A stretch of 64,000 nucleotides of DNA from Malacoraja senta (lineage: Eukaryota): assembly GCA_038087875.1 (NCBI GenBank), contig CM075988.1, positions 4,588,001-4,652,000 of the forward strand, given 5' to 3'. This document shows, piece by piece, positions 51,170 to 64,000 of this stretch. Numbering within the stretch: the stretch's first letter is position 1; the number at the start of each line of letters is the position of its first letter. The position numbers and the translations under genes were made by a program. Under the pieces are notes generated by a model. The model did no database searches and was not told the DNA's origin. It saw only the letters and a list, made by a program, of their open reading frames with translations.

Positions 51170-52189
51170 CTTCTTCTTCGTCTTGCGAATGAAACATAAA
51201 TAAACCAAAGGAATAGTTAGATCTCAAGCCGGGTGTTGAGCAGCCAGGTTGTTGTCTCTGCATCAACCAGGCCCTGAGCTTCATTTGGTGGGTGGTAGGG
51301 GGCGCCGTCCTGTATGGGTATGGTTGCCCAGCCTGCAGCTGTCCGTTTTCTCACCCCTTTTTTTATTTTTAGTGAGTCAAGTGTTTTGTTTTTGGAGGTC
51401 TATTCTTTTTTTATGTGGGGGGGAAGGGGGAACTGCTTTTCAGGGTCCCTACCTGGTCAGAGAGGCGGCTTCCTCGAGCAGCACTTTCGACCCGTCCTCG
51501 CGGCCTTCCATCGGGATCTGGAGCGGCCTTTCCTGAGGGGACCGGCCAGAACCTCGGCTTAGGCGGAGGCACAACGCTGGAGCGTTATCGCGGAGCAGAG
51601 CGGGCGATGCCTTGCTCGGGTCGCCGGGCTGGAACTCCGGTATGCTGGGACCGCTGATAAAAACATCGTGGAGCTGCGGGTCTGTGGAGCAGCCAGCCAA
51701 GGGCGGCGGCGCTGAACTTTACACCGGGATCCTGGGATCTCTCGCCGAGATCGCCAGTAGTGGAGCTCCGTCCAGCGTGGCCTGTCGGCTTCGGAAGCCG
51801 CGGTCTCTGGTAAGGAAGCGGCCGTTCCAGGCATCCCAAGCCGCTGTGAGGATTCTCCCGACGCCAGAGCACGGCCTGGAACATCGGCCCCGTAGCAGCG
51901 ACTGCGGAGGCCTTAAATAGGCCCGACTATGGGTGGACATGGGGATGGGGACTGGAATTTGGGCCTTCCCTCACAATGGGAACCGTTGTGGGGGGATGTT
52001 CTTATGCTTAAATTTCTATATTATTGTTATTGTATTATTTTTAATGTGCTGCAAATGCAATCCGCATTTCACTACACCAATTGGTGTATGTGACTAATAA
52101 AGAACCTTTGAACCTTTGAACCAAGAGCGGGCACTCATAGATGACATGGTTGGCTGTCTGTTGTTCTGCTCCGCATTCACAGGCTGGGC
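51170..52189 (-). mobile_element. 3' fragment of an Ingi/Vingi-clade LINE (CCHC knuckle and C-terminus), split by a younger insertion
   Basis: Joined minus-strand translation SPACECGAEQQTANHVIYECPL/YHPPNEAQGLVDAETTTWLLNTRLEI*; (AAG)n tail; TSD tataggagggt/tattggagggt; sits in a CR1 3' tail. Confidence 0.7.
51298..52113 (+). mobile_element. GC-rich non-coding retroposon with Rex1-type 3' end (relatives at 7598-8398 -, 9130-9575 +, 45320-45885, 60835-61232 +)
   Basis: Shared GC-rich body blocks; conserved hairpin; AATAAA plus short tandem tail; no recognisable protein. Confidence 0.6.
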
Positions 52190-52593
52190 TATTGGAGGGT
52201 GTGGATAAGTTAGGTTGAATGGCCTGTTTCCATGCTCTATGACTGTACGATTCTGCAACTGCTCAGCTTCACGGTTTGAAATGGCGGAAGCGTTACCCTG
52301 TTTCTGAACATCTCTCTGATAATATATAAAAGATCTCCTCCCGTGTTTGTTTACGCGCTTTCGGAAAAGTAACATCCACTCAAGGAAAGATGAAATCCTT
52401 CATCCTGCATTAGAACGCTTCCTTCTTGACTAAGTGCATATTGTAAGCAATTGGTTGCAAATTACGGAGTGCGCATTTCCTGTCTCTTCTTCAATGAATA
52501 TTTAGAGGACAAAATTATTATGAAAATTAATTAAATTATGCCAATCCTCTGCTTTAGTCCTGTCGTAAGGTTCTTATCTCTTCATTTGCTCAC

Positions 52594-52676
52594 CTCTCTC
52601 TCTGTGGTCGAACTGAAGGCACTTGAACAATGGCCGTGGCCTTGTTACCTCCTGGTACTGATGCTTATGTTTTATA
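52594..52676 (-). other. Candidate internal host exon (83 nt)
   Basis: Branch-like CTAAT, acceptor ccctacAG, donor GAG|GTGAGC; one open frame IKHKHQYQEVTRPRPLFKCLQFDHRER; lies in an ~850-bp repeat-free island. Confidence 0.3.
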
Positions 52677-55600
52677 CTGTAGGGCAATCCCATTAGCCCA
52701 TAAAGAGATCACTATATGTACTTAGAAGGTGTGTTGGGAATTGTCTTAGAGCAAGAGCTATTAGGGAAAGAAAATCACTGTCGTTTTTTATTTGCGTGGT
52801 GATGAATCTTTGTAATTTTTATGAAAATTTAATTAAATTGTTTGTGCTCCTCTTTCTTGAGTGTCATGTGGGTGCAGTATCCCATCAATCTTACAGGAAT
52901 AAGACAACAATTTAATTGCAGCTTTGCCTTATGCTTTTCAAATCAGATTTCCTTCAACTCTTGGCAGAAATCAGGGTTGGGACTGGAAGTCTGAACAGGC
53001 CACTCAACAGCAGCACAATATCAAAGGTGCAAGTGCCTGGGGCACAGAGTGAAGTCAAGAGGTGCAAAATTGAAAATTATGACTTTAGCTGACAGTTTGG
53101 TTTACTTTATAAAATTTAGATGATGTTGCATTGCAGAAGTTTGCAGCAGTTAGAGCTGCTGCCTCACGACTTTTAGACGTTAGGCTTTAGAGACTTGAGA
53201 GAGATGTAGTGCGGAAACAGACCCTTTGGCCCAGCGAGTCCATGCCGACCAGCAATCACCCCGTCTACCAGCACTCTGCTAAACACGAGGGATAATTTTA
53301 CCAGTTTACCCAAGCCAGTTAACCTACACATCCATATGTCTTTGGAGTGTGGGAGGAAACTGGAACACCCAGAGAAAACCAACCATCACCACCATCTTGA
53401 AAATGCTGGAAACTTTGAACTTTGTGTTAGACTTTAGAGATACAGTGCGGAAGCAGGCACTTCAGCCCACCGAGTACATGCTGACCAGCGATCACCGCGT
53501 ACACTAGCACTATCCTACACACTAGAGAACATTTTACAAGTCTACTGTTTAACCTACACATCTGATACAGCTTTGGAGTGTGGGAGGAAACCGGTGCACA
53601 CGGAGAAACCACACACGGTCACAGGGAGAACGTACAGACAGCACCCATATTCAGGTTCGAACCCGGGTCTCTGGAGCTGTAAGGCAGCAACTCTACCACT
53701 GGGCCACTAACTTTGACTTGAGGTCAGTCTGGACTTCAGTGTGGTCTGAAGTGTTGGAAGGATATGGACCACAGACAGTACAGTACAGGAAAAGTCCCTT
53801 CAGTTCAAGGTGTCTGTAACAAACATGATGCCAAGTTAAACAAATCACCTCTGCCTGAATGTGGTCCATATTCTTTCAATCCCTGCATTCATCTGCCATC
53901 CTAGAAGCTCCATAAATGCTAACATCATATCTGCCTCCAGCACCAACCCTGCCTGGCACATCTTAAACTTTCCCCATCTGACCACGCTATGCCCTCTGAA
54001 GTTTGATTTACAGTGCAATTTACAATTTCAGTTTAGTTTATTGTCACAGGTACAGTGAAAAGCTTTTGTTGCATGCTATCCAGTCAGCAGAAAGACAATA
54101 CATGATTACAATTGATCCATTTATGATACATGGCAAGGGAATAACGTTTAGTGCAAGGTAAAGCCAGGAGAATCCTGATCAAGGATAGTCTGAGGGTCAC
54201 CAATGAGGTAGAAAGTAGTTCAGAACTGCTCTCTGGTTGTGGTAGGATGATTCTGTTGCCTGATAACAGCTGGGAAGAATCTGTCCCTTAATCTGGAGGT
54301 GTGCGTTTTCACCTCAACATTGGGGAGAAAGGTTCTGACTGTCAACCCTATCTATACCAATCATAATATACTATAGATAGACACAAAAAGCTGGAGTAAT
54401 TCAGCAGGACAGGCTGCCATTCCTTCTCTCCAGTGATGCTGCCTCTTCCGCTGAGTTACTCCAGCTTTTTGTGTCTATATTCGGTTTAAACCAGCATCTG
54501 CAGTTCCTTCCTACAGATAATATACTATTCTGCTATCAGGATTCCCCTCAACATCTGAAACTCCAGAACAAACAAGCAAAGTTTGCCCAATCTCGCCTTA
54601 TACCTAATACCCTCCTATCCATACAGCATTATGGTAAATCTCATCTGTACCCTCTACAAAGACATCACATCCTGCAATGGGGTGACCAGACCTGCACAGA
54701 ATACTCCAAATGCAGCTTAACCAAAGCTGTAACATGAAGAATGGTCTCGACCCGAAACGTCACCCATTCCTTCTCTCCAGAGATGCTGCCTGTCCCGCTG
54801 AGTTACTCCAGCTTTTTGTGTCTATCTTCTGTAACATGACTTACTGATCCTATACTCAATGCGGGAATGATGGAGGCAAGCATGGCAAGTGTACTACATT
54901 GCCTTCCTTACCACTCTATCTACTTAGTTTAGTTTAGAGATGCAGCACGGAAACAGACTCTTTGGCCCACCAAGTCCGTGCCGACCAGCAATCCCCGCAC
55001 ACTAACTCTAGCCTACACACTAGGGACAAATTACAACTTCACCAAAACCAATTAACCTACAACCCCGTAGGTCTTTGGAGTGTGGGAGGAATCCGGAGCA
55101 CCCGGAGAAAACCCACAGGGAGAACGCTCAAACTCTGTACAGACAGCACCCGTAATCAGGATCGAACCCGGGTCTCTGGTGCTGTAAGGCAGTAGCTCTA
55201 CCACTCATTGTACCAACAGCTTGCAATTAATATACTTTCCCTTTACAGTTGACATCCCAAATGCAATACCTCACAGTTGCTTTAATTAAACAGCATCTGC
55301 CATTTCTCAGGCCATTCTGTAAATTATCTATAGTCCACTGTGTCCTTTGAGTTTTCCTCGCTGTCCCCAACTCCACTCATTTCTGCCTCATCTGCAAACT
55401 TAATAACCGACCCATCTACATTAATGTCCAAGTTATTCATATAAATCACAAGCAAAAAAAACAGCACAGATCTCTGTCGAACTCCACTGGCCGTAAGGCC
55501 CCAGCTGGACTAACACCCTCCCACACTATGCTCTGTTATTCATGAGTAAGTCAGTTCTGAGTCCAATCTGTCACTGTGGATCCCATGCATCTTAATCATC

Positions 55601-56219
55601 TGGATATGCCTACCATGAGGGACTCTATCAAATGCCTTACTAAAATCTAGACACAAGAAGCAGCAGATGGTGAAATCCTGAGAAAAAAGCAAAGTGATGG
55701 GGGAATTCAGCAGGTCGGGTAGCATCCGTGGAGGAATTGGACAGATGAAATTCAGCACAGAAACAGGTCATTGCAAAACGATCGTGCACTAAACTTTATA
55801 CATGAGATGTGGTACAGGGGTGCAGTGGTATTGTTGCCTTACAGCGCCAGAAACCCTTGTTTGATCCTGACTATGGACGCTGTCTGTATGGGGTTTGTAC
55901 ATTCTCCCCGTGACCTGCGTGGGTTTTCTCTGAGAACTTTGGTTTCCTCCCACGCTCCAAAGACTTACAGGTTTGTAGATTAAATGGCTAGGTATAAATG
56001 CACTTTTTTTGTTGTTGGTATATATGAAAAAAATTGTCCCCAGTGTAGGATAGTGTGAATGTGCAGGAATCGCTGGTCAGTGGGCTGAATGGCTTGTTTC
56101 CGCACTGTATCTCTAAACTAAACTAAACGAAACACCAGGGGCAATTTACAGAGGCCAGTTACCATGCAAACCCAGGCGTCTTTGGGATGTGGGTGGAAAC
56201 CCGAGCACCCGGGGGAAAC

Positions 56220-56610
56220 CTCCAGGTTTAACAAACTCATCAAGAAGGCTGGCTCTGTGCTGGAGGTGGAGTTGGATTCATGGGAGGTGGTCTTGGAGGG
56301 AAGGATTCTCCTCAAACTGCTGAGCATCTTAGACAATACAGCTCACCCCCTCCATGACACACTGGTCAACCTGAGGAGTACCTTCAGCAACAGACTGGTT
56401 CCACCAAGATGCAGCACAGATCGCCACAGGAGATCCTTCTTCCCTTCACCCCACCCCCCCACCCCCCACCCCACCCGAATCTTTGCACATCCCCAATCCT
56501 TTCCACTCGTCACTTTAATTTCATGTTTCATGTATCTTGTTGAGTTTTATGACTGATGGGAGACCAATTTCCCTCCTGGAATAAATAAAGTTCTATTGTA
56601 TCGTATCATC
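56220..56610 (+). mobile_element. Rex1/Babar 3' end
   Basis: RFNKLIKKAGSVL..ILDNTAHPLH..RSFFP; AATAAA and (TATCG)-like tail. Confidence 0.75.
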
Positions 56611-58934
56611 TGTGGTGAGTTCACATGTCTCTATGTGTGGGTTTCCTCCAGGTGCTCCAGTTTTTCACATTCCAAGGAAGTGTGGGTTTGTAGGCTTAGT
56701 TAGCCTCTGTAAATGTGCCCCTAATATGTGGGTAGTAAATGGAAAAGTGGGATGACATAGAACGAGTGTGAATGGGTGATAGATGGGCAGTGTGGACCCG
56801 ATGGGCGGAAGGGCCTGTTTCCATGCTGTACCTAAAAAAAAGTGCTTCAGTCTTGCCTTATGTTGATGTCTCTGGTAAAACTAGCAGGGTTATGATGAAT
56901 GAAATCCATCTAAACTTCTACAGATAGCTAAATTAAATATAACTCTGATTTTTTAAAGTACACACCAATATTCATTTTAGTTCTTTGCGATTTTGTTTTA
57001 ATTAACTAGACTTCAGAAGACTCGGGTACATTAAAAAGTATTGCAGTTTTAATGATTTCTGGTTTTTGAACAGAAATAGCTTTTCCATTTATGTTGCTCT
57101 TAAAGTGAGAGTACTGATATGACAGAACTGCTCCCGCATTTAAATATCACTTGCTTTGAATTCTATTTTGTTCCTCAAAAATGTAAGAATTGTTCAGCTA
57201 ATCACTCTTTATGATTATAAATTGGTTTGTATTGTGTTTAATGTTGTAGCCTGAATGGGTTAGAAGCAGTACCGAGTAGTTGCAGGAAGGTCAGAAGAAG
57301 GGTCTCGACCCGAAACGTCACCTATCCATGTTCCTCACAGATACTGCCTGACCCGCTAAGTTTTAGTTTTAGAGATACAGTGCGGAAACAGGCCGAGTCC
57401 GCACCGACCAGTGATCCCCAGCACGTTAACACTATCCTACACACACTACAGATACACCAAGCCAATTAATCTACATACCTGTATGTCTTTGGAGTGTGGG
57501 AGGAAACCGAAAATCTTGGAGAAAACCCACGCAGGTCATGGGGTGAAAGTACAAACTCCGTACAGACAGCACCCGTAGTTGGGATCGAACCTGGGTCTCC
57601 CGCGCTGCAAGTGCTGTAAGGCAGCAACTCTACAGCTGGGCCACTGTGCCACTACTGGAGTTACTCCAGCATTTTGTGTCTATCTAAGGTTTTGAATCTG
57701 TCAACTCTGTCACTGGTCCCATTGTTACCTGTGTGTCCAAACATTAAGATGGACCTGGTATCTAACTCAGGCTGAAGAAAGTCACCGTGACACTTTATGG
57801 TCAAGAGCAAAGATCAGCCAGTGACAGCCAGTCATTAACCAATGGTTTAACTCAGTTTTCAGGATCTCAGCAAGACCGGCATTCAGTATCTATTTAAGTT
57901 GTCTTTGAGAAGGTGGGGTGTAGCCACCTCCTTGGATCATTGCAGTCTGTCTGGTGGAGGTACTCACACAACCCTTCTGGGGAATGAATGCAGACTACAG
58001 TACATCTCGTTGTCACCTTCCCCCAGCTAACAATGATCTATTCTACATTTGCTTTCAACTTTGCCCCATTTGATCTCTCGTTTTCACACCTTACCCTTCC
58101 TGTCATGTATTTTGTGTTTTATGACTGTTGGCAGATCAATTTCCCTCCTGAGATAAATAAAGTTCTATCATAGCATATCATATCGTATCGTCTAACATGA
58201 AGGCAGACCATTCATGCTGACTAGCCCATGTCTACATTTGCCTTTCATGTAAATAAATAGCTCCAATCTCACCTGCCCATCCCGTTCTCCCTTCCATCAT
58301 CCTTCTTCCATCATGTGACCATCTAATCCATTGTTTCCATCAAAGACAATCACACTGCAATTGAATTACGCATTCTCACAGCTCCACATATGATTCCTCC
58401 GCTCTCCGCTATAAATCACTTACATTTAATCAGTGGCCTCTCACTCTTCATTGTACCTACGCTTTTTTCTGGATGTGGCCATTACAGGCAAACCTGGTAT
58501 TTATTACCTGCCCCACATTGCTCTTGAGAAGTTAGTGCCAATCTGATTTTTCTGAACAGTGGCTGATTGTGGGAGTTCCCACAACCTGGTTTGCAAAGAG
58601 GAATGAACGAATGTCGTAAACTTCCAGTATGTAACGGTACATCACATGGAAGGGATATGTCCTTCTTGACTAGTGGAAAACTGAAATAAAAATAACTGAA
58701 AATAAGTGTTCATACTGAGAGTTTCCCTCTCCACTCACTCTCAGTCTGAACAAGGGTCTCAACCCGAAACATCACCCATTCCTTCTCTCCAGAGATGTTG
58801 CCTGTTCCCGCTGAGTTACTCCAGCTTTTTGTGTGTGTCATCGGTGTAAACCAGCAGAGATGCCACAGTATTATCTCACCCAAGGTGGCAGGAACTGTGC
58901 ACCAGTCCCTCAGTGCTGCTCCGTACAGATCAAT

Positions 58935-59108
58935 CTTCTTCTTCTTGTTGAGTCCACACTCAAGATTAGAAGTTGTTCAGCCAGAGCTGAACACACTTCT
59001 CGGCATCTGCATGCAATGGTGTCTGTCTTGCAGTTGTGCTTCTTGTGCGTGCTGGTGGAAAGATCGGTGAAAACAGGGCCGCGACGTGAACACTCTTTCC
59101 TTGACCCC
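58935..59108 (-). mobile_element. Family B retroposon copy with 5' HDV-like ribozyme
   Basis: 12-bp TSD with 2 mismatches (58923-58934 / 59109-59120); minus strand GGGGTC AA GGAAAGA GTG TTCACGT CGC GGCCCT G TTTTCA C CGA TCTTTCC; (AAG)n tail. Confidence 0.8.
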
Positions 59109-59820
59109 ATGCAGATCAATATCAAATACACATCAGGATAGACCCAGGTTGGTTTGGCATGCTTGTCCTGGCATTAAATACAATAGTTGTAACGCTATGT
59201 TAGACTTGCACAAAACAATGATCAGATTGTACTTGAAGTATTTTATAAAGCTCTCATCACCATGCTATAGGAAGCGTGCAATTAGACTGCAGATGATGCA
59301 GAAAAGATTCACAAGGATGCTGCCTGAATGGGTGACCTTGAGTTAGCTCCCCTTACAGACAAAATGTGTAGGAAGGAACTGCAGATGCTGGTTAGTCAAT
59401 GCCTTCTATGTTCTGTTGTGCTGAAGCAAAGCAAGAATTTCATTGTCCTATGACACATGACAATAAACTCACTTGAACTTGAACTTGAGATAGACACAAA
59501 ATGCTAGAGTAACTCAGTGGGACAGGCAGCATCTCTGGATGGAAGGAATGGGTGACGTTTTGGGTAGAAACCCTTCTTCAGACTGAAGGTGAAGGGTCTT
59601 GACCTGAAACAGCACCCATTCCTTCCAACCAAAGATGCTGCCTGTCCCGCTGAGATACTCCAGCATTTTGTGTCTATCATGGACTTAGAGAGACCTCCTC
59701 AGCCCTAGACAGTCCTGTGGTCTTTGGGTACAATGACTATGCCTCATGCATACATTGTCCTTCACCAACGAGCTCCTCAGTGTACTGACCCATCCACTTC
59801 CATCATTGCACCATTTGTTC

Positions 59821-59936
59821 TCTTCTTCTTGCGTATGGCGTGCACAGCCTAAACAACCTGTTCTGTTTGATCTTCTGTTTGTGCACGCCAGGTTGATTGC
59901 ATTCGTTGAAACAGGGTGGTTGCAATCTCCCACCCC
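59821..59936 (-). mobile_element. Family A retroposon copy (ribozyme lacks P3/L3 through a ~12-nt deletion)
   Basis: Perfect 11-bp TSD accatttgttc (59810-59820 / 59937-59947); (AAG)n tail; homologous to 16823-16959. Confidence 0.8.
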
Positions 59937-62900
59937 ACCATTTGTTCATGCCATAGCATCAAGGGCAGCATGGTGGCGCAGTGGTAGGGCTGCTGCCTTA
60001 CAGCGCCATAGACCTGGGTTCAATCCTGAATTCAGGTGCTGTCTGAATGGAGTTTGTACCTTTTACCCGTAATATGTTTACAAACTCAAGAGGTTACACA
60101 TCAGCAGGGGAAAGTACACCAACAGGGAAGATAGACACAAAATGGTGGATTAACTCAGCAGGACAGACAGCATCTTTGGGTGGAAGGAATGGGTGATGGT
60201 TTGGGTTGAGATCCTTCTTCAGACCTTCTTCAGTCTTCGGTATAAATCAGCATCTGCAATTCCTTCTCACACCAACAGGGAACACGAGTCCGGAGCTGTG
60301 AGTGACAGTGTGCCGATTCTCAGTATTCTTGACAATATGGTTCTCTGCACCTTAACAATGAAACGTGAAATATCTTCACAAAATAGGTTAGAGTGGCTTG
60401 ATATTGTACTTTAGTGGTTAAAAAAAAATACAGCCATTTCTAGGCTTATCTCTTAAACAAAACTTTGGTTTACTTTTAATATATCCTGATTGATTGATAG
60501 AATTGATTGGAAGATACAACGGTCTCTTCGATCCACCAAGTCCACGTCAGCTATCGATCACCCATTCACACTCATTCTATGTGGTCCCACCTTTGTATGG
60601 ACTTCCTACACACACTAGGGACAATTTATAGATGCCATTTAACCTATGAAACCCGTACATCTCTATGATGTGGGAGGAAGCCGGAGCACCCGGAGGAAAC
60701 CCACACGGTCACGGGAAGAACGTGCAAACTCCACGCAGACTGCACTCGAGGTTGGGATCGATCCCGGGCCTCTGGCGTTGTGAGTCAGTGGCTCTACCAA
60801 CTGCGCCACCCTGCTGCCCTATGTCCTGGTTTACCTTTCCTGGGGATCGAAGCTCCAAACCGTGGTGCCTGTGGACATCGTGAAGCCCGCAGTCTCTGAT
60901 AAAAAGAGGCCAATTCGGGAGCTCCGTGCCGCTGAGAAAGTTTCAACCGCCCTGACGCGGGAGTTTCGATCACCCCAACGGGGGCTTTGATCGTCGGCTG
61001 CGGGGGCTTTGATTGCCCCGACTGTGGATGGTTTGACTGCCCCGACAGCGGGAAAACAAAGAGGAAGAAGATTGAACTTTATTGCCTTCCATCACAGTGA
61101 GGAATGTGGAATCCACTGTGGTGGATATTTACTTTTATGTGGTTGTGCGTCTTGTTGCTTTTCATTTAGTATGGCACTCAAGTTTCACTGTACCTTAACT
61201 GATACACGTGACAATAAACTGACCTTGAAACCTTGTTTTGTCCAACTAAGTTTCTGTGAAATGTTTGATGATGTTTTTCTCTGGAAAAAGCTTCATTTAA
61301 TTGTTTGCTCTTTGTGCATTTATTATTCTCCATTCACCAAATTATAAAGAGTTACGACTCAAGTCAAATATTGAACAGTAGCTAATAGAAATCTCTCCAC
61401 ACCAATAATGTTTCCCTATAGATTTCTACATGGATGGTGTTGTTTGCATTTGTTGGCTGAAATATTCACTGTTTTAGAAATAATCAAATAAAGTTTGTTA
61501 TTCCACGGCACAATGTGCCGGAGTATCTCAGCGGGTCAGGCAGCATTTCTCCACTCCAGCACTTGCTCCAGCACTTTGTGTATTATTTTCTGTTCACTTT
61601 GTTTCTCTCTTCACGAATGCTGCCAGACTTTCTGAACATTACGCGTTTATTTGTTAGATTTATCATTGAAATGTGTTACACGTCCACCACTTATTTTCCT
61701 GCAACTGGTGGTCCGGCACCCCTTTTAATCCAGAAAATATTACGGGAGCGCGCTTGAAATCCCCCCGTCCCCCTGAAAATGTGGCATCTCACTTGGGTGA
61801 GGTGTCCGATCTCAATATCATCGGGACTTTTGAGCCAATCAGCGGGATGAATTTGCTCCCTGCAGGAGCCGGCAGATCCGTTCCAATTGCTGACTTCCAC
61901 GGCCGACTTTGCCGGTCTCAGCCCCTGGGCGGGCTGGGCGGAACGTTCCGGTACCGTTGGACTCCTCTCGGAAGCCGTGGCTTCTGTTGGTCCGGCAAAA
62001 TGGATACTCCATCTCCGGAGAACATTGATAGGTGATGTTTTGGGTCGGGAGCCTTCTTCAGACATCAGAAAGGTCCCGACTCAAAACATTACCTGTCCAT
62101 GTTCTACGGAGATGCTGCCGGACCCACTGAGTTACTCCAGCACTTTGTGTCTTTTCTTGGTAAATTAGCATCTGTAGTTCCTTGTGTGTTCATGTTATTC
62201 TGAACTTGTTGATGGGACCTGGCAATTGTCAACAGATCTGCAAATGAGTATTGGAATAAAGCAATACAATTATGTTTGACAATACAATGTGCAATATTAA
62301 AGGTGCCCTGGGAGTAAAGGTAAAATATGAATTTATAACTCACAAGCACAAAAGCTAAAATATCCACTGAATTAATTTTTCTTTGAAGAAATAGTCCAGT
62401 AGATAAATACAGCAATTACTCAAGGGAATCTTTAATGATGTCGTTGCCAACACACTTCTTTAATAAAACTTGTCTTCACTTTATTCTACAGGAGTAATAT
62501 CTGATTATGTGACTTCCCTAATTCCCCTGATTATTTTCTGCTCATCTCTAACAATCAGTAGAAATTAGAAGCATATTAGTGTTTGTCCACAGGGAATGGG
62601 ATGCTATCTAATGTCTCCAGTTCCAACACGTTCCATTGATAAGCCTTCACCATCCACTATTGACTTGGACAAACTATCATGCATTGTCTCCTTGTCTCCG
62701 TCCTCTCTCTAACCATTCCTTTACGCCCCCTCCGCCCTGCTCCCTTCTCTTTAATTTAAGACTAACCTGTTTTCTAACCTTTGGATTATCGTTCATCAAT
62801 CTGTCCCTTTGACCTTCTGTCCCATCTGCCTATCAAAACCATCCTCACCTGTATCCACCTCTGAAGAAGGGTCTCGACTCACCCATTCCTTCTCTCCAGA

Positions 62901-64000
62901 GATGCTGCCTGTCCCGCTGAGTTACTCCAGCATTTTGTGTCTATGATCAATTCCATCTATCACTCACCAGGCTTAGTCCTGTCCTATCTTTCTCCCTTAC
63001 TCCCCCCCACCACCCGATAATCTTTCTAAAGAAGGACCCGACTCAAAACAACACCATTCCATATTCTTCAGAGATGCTGCCTGACCCGTTGAGTTGCTCC
63101 AGCACTTTTTTTCTGTTCACTTTGTTACTCTCTTCAAGAATGCTGCCTGACTTTCTGAGCATTGCTCATATTTTTCTTATTTGTTATCATTGTAATGAGT
63201 TACAGGTGCACCACCAATTTTCCATCAACTGGTGATTTGGTACCCCCAGATGAAATTACGAGAGTGCACTTGAAATCACCCCCCCCCCCCCCCCAAAACC
63301 CCCCAGAAGTCCCCCTGAAAATGTGGCATCTTGGTCGGATAAGGCGGCTGATGTCGGTCTCATCGGGACTTCCGCGCCCAATCAATGGGATGAATTTGCC
63401 CCCTGGTGCCGGAGCTCTGGAACCAGCAGATCTGATCCCAAAGCTGACTTCCACGGCCAAATTTGCGCGTCGGTGTCTCGGCCCCCGGGCGGCCTATGCG
63501 GACCATTCCGGTACCATTGGACTCCTCACGGAGGCCATGACTTCTGTTGGCCCAGCAAAACGGAAGATCCATAAAGGGTCTGGGACCAAGGGTGCTGGAA
63601 AAATCAGTGATTGACCTGTATTGGGGCAGGATCACATTACCATTCAGGGCAACCTGAATGTTGTCTACTGTGGAAAAAATATTTATATAACCCCATTGGC
63701 CACACTTGAAATAAAATACATCTTGTTGAAAGCAAACTGTGGGAGAAAAACAAACTTGCACCTTTAATGACCTCAGAAAGTGCCAAAGCACTTTATACCC
63801 AATGAAGTACTTCTTGAAATGTACTCACCATTGTAATTTATTTGAGTAAATTCCCATTCCAGTCAATGCTGTGATTTACATCCAGTGGATAATAGGCTGT
63901 CATTTCCTGCGCAGCCTTCACACATGGGAAGAGAGGCCAGGCTCATCATATTGGCGTGGAATCAATATGAAAATAATCCAACACTACGAGATGGGACGAG

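Noticed and set aside
1..64000. CRISPR array, rRNA or prokaryotic operon
   Set aside because: No regularly spaced repeats or such genes; sequence is vertebrate repeat-rich DNA

Overview
Repeat-dense vertebrate non-coding DNA, most likely from a cartilaginous fish (skate/ray-type repeats: HE1-like V-SINE, HER1/CR1 LINEs, Penelope pLTR fragments). No intact host gene was found; there is one weak exon candidate. The window holds two full-length but decayed DIRS1-type tyrosine-recombinase retrotransposons (17572-22408 +, 33018-37631 -) with intact terminal architecture. It also holds a decayed endogenous retrovirus-like element (integrase plus env-like, about 26470-30930 -), a Tx1 LINE inserted in a (TC)n tract, Rex1/Babar, L2 and Ingi/Vingi fragments, PIF/Harbinger-type MITEs and two solo LTRs. 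The most notable signal is four 115-180 bp (AAG)n-tailed retroposons, in two families. Their 5' ends fold into a compact HDV-like self-cleaving ribozyme with covarying stems, and in all four the predicted cleavage G1 directly abuts the target-site duplication. The most abundant short repeat also carries a minimal hammerhead-like motif. All calls come from reading by eye; no searches were run and repeat boundaries are approximate unless a TSD is given.
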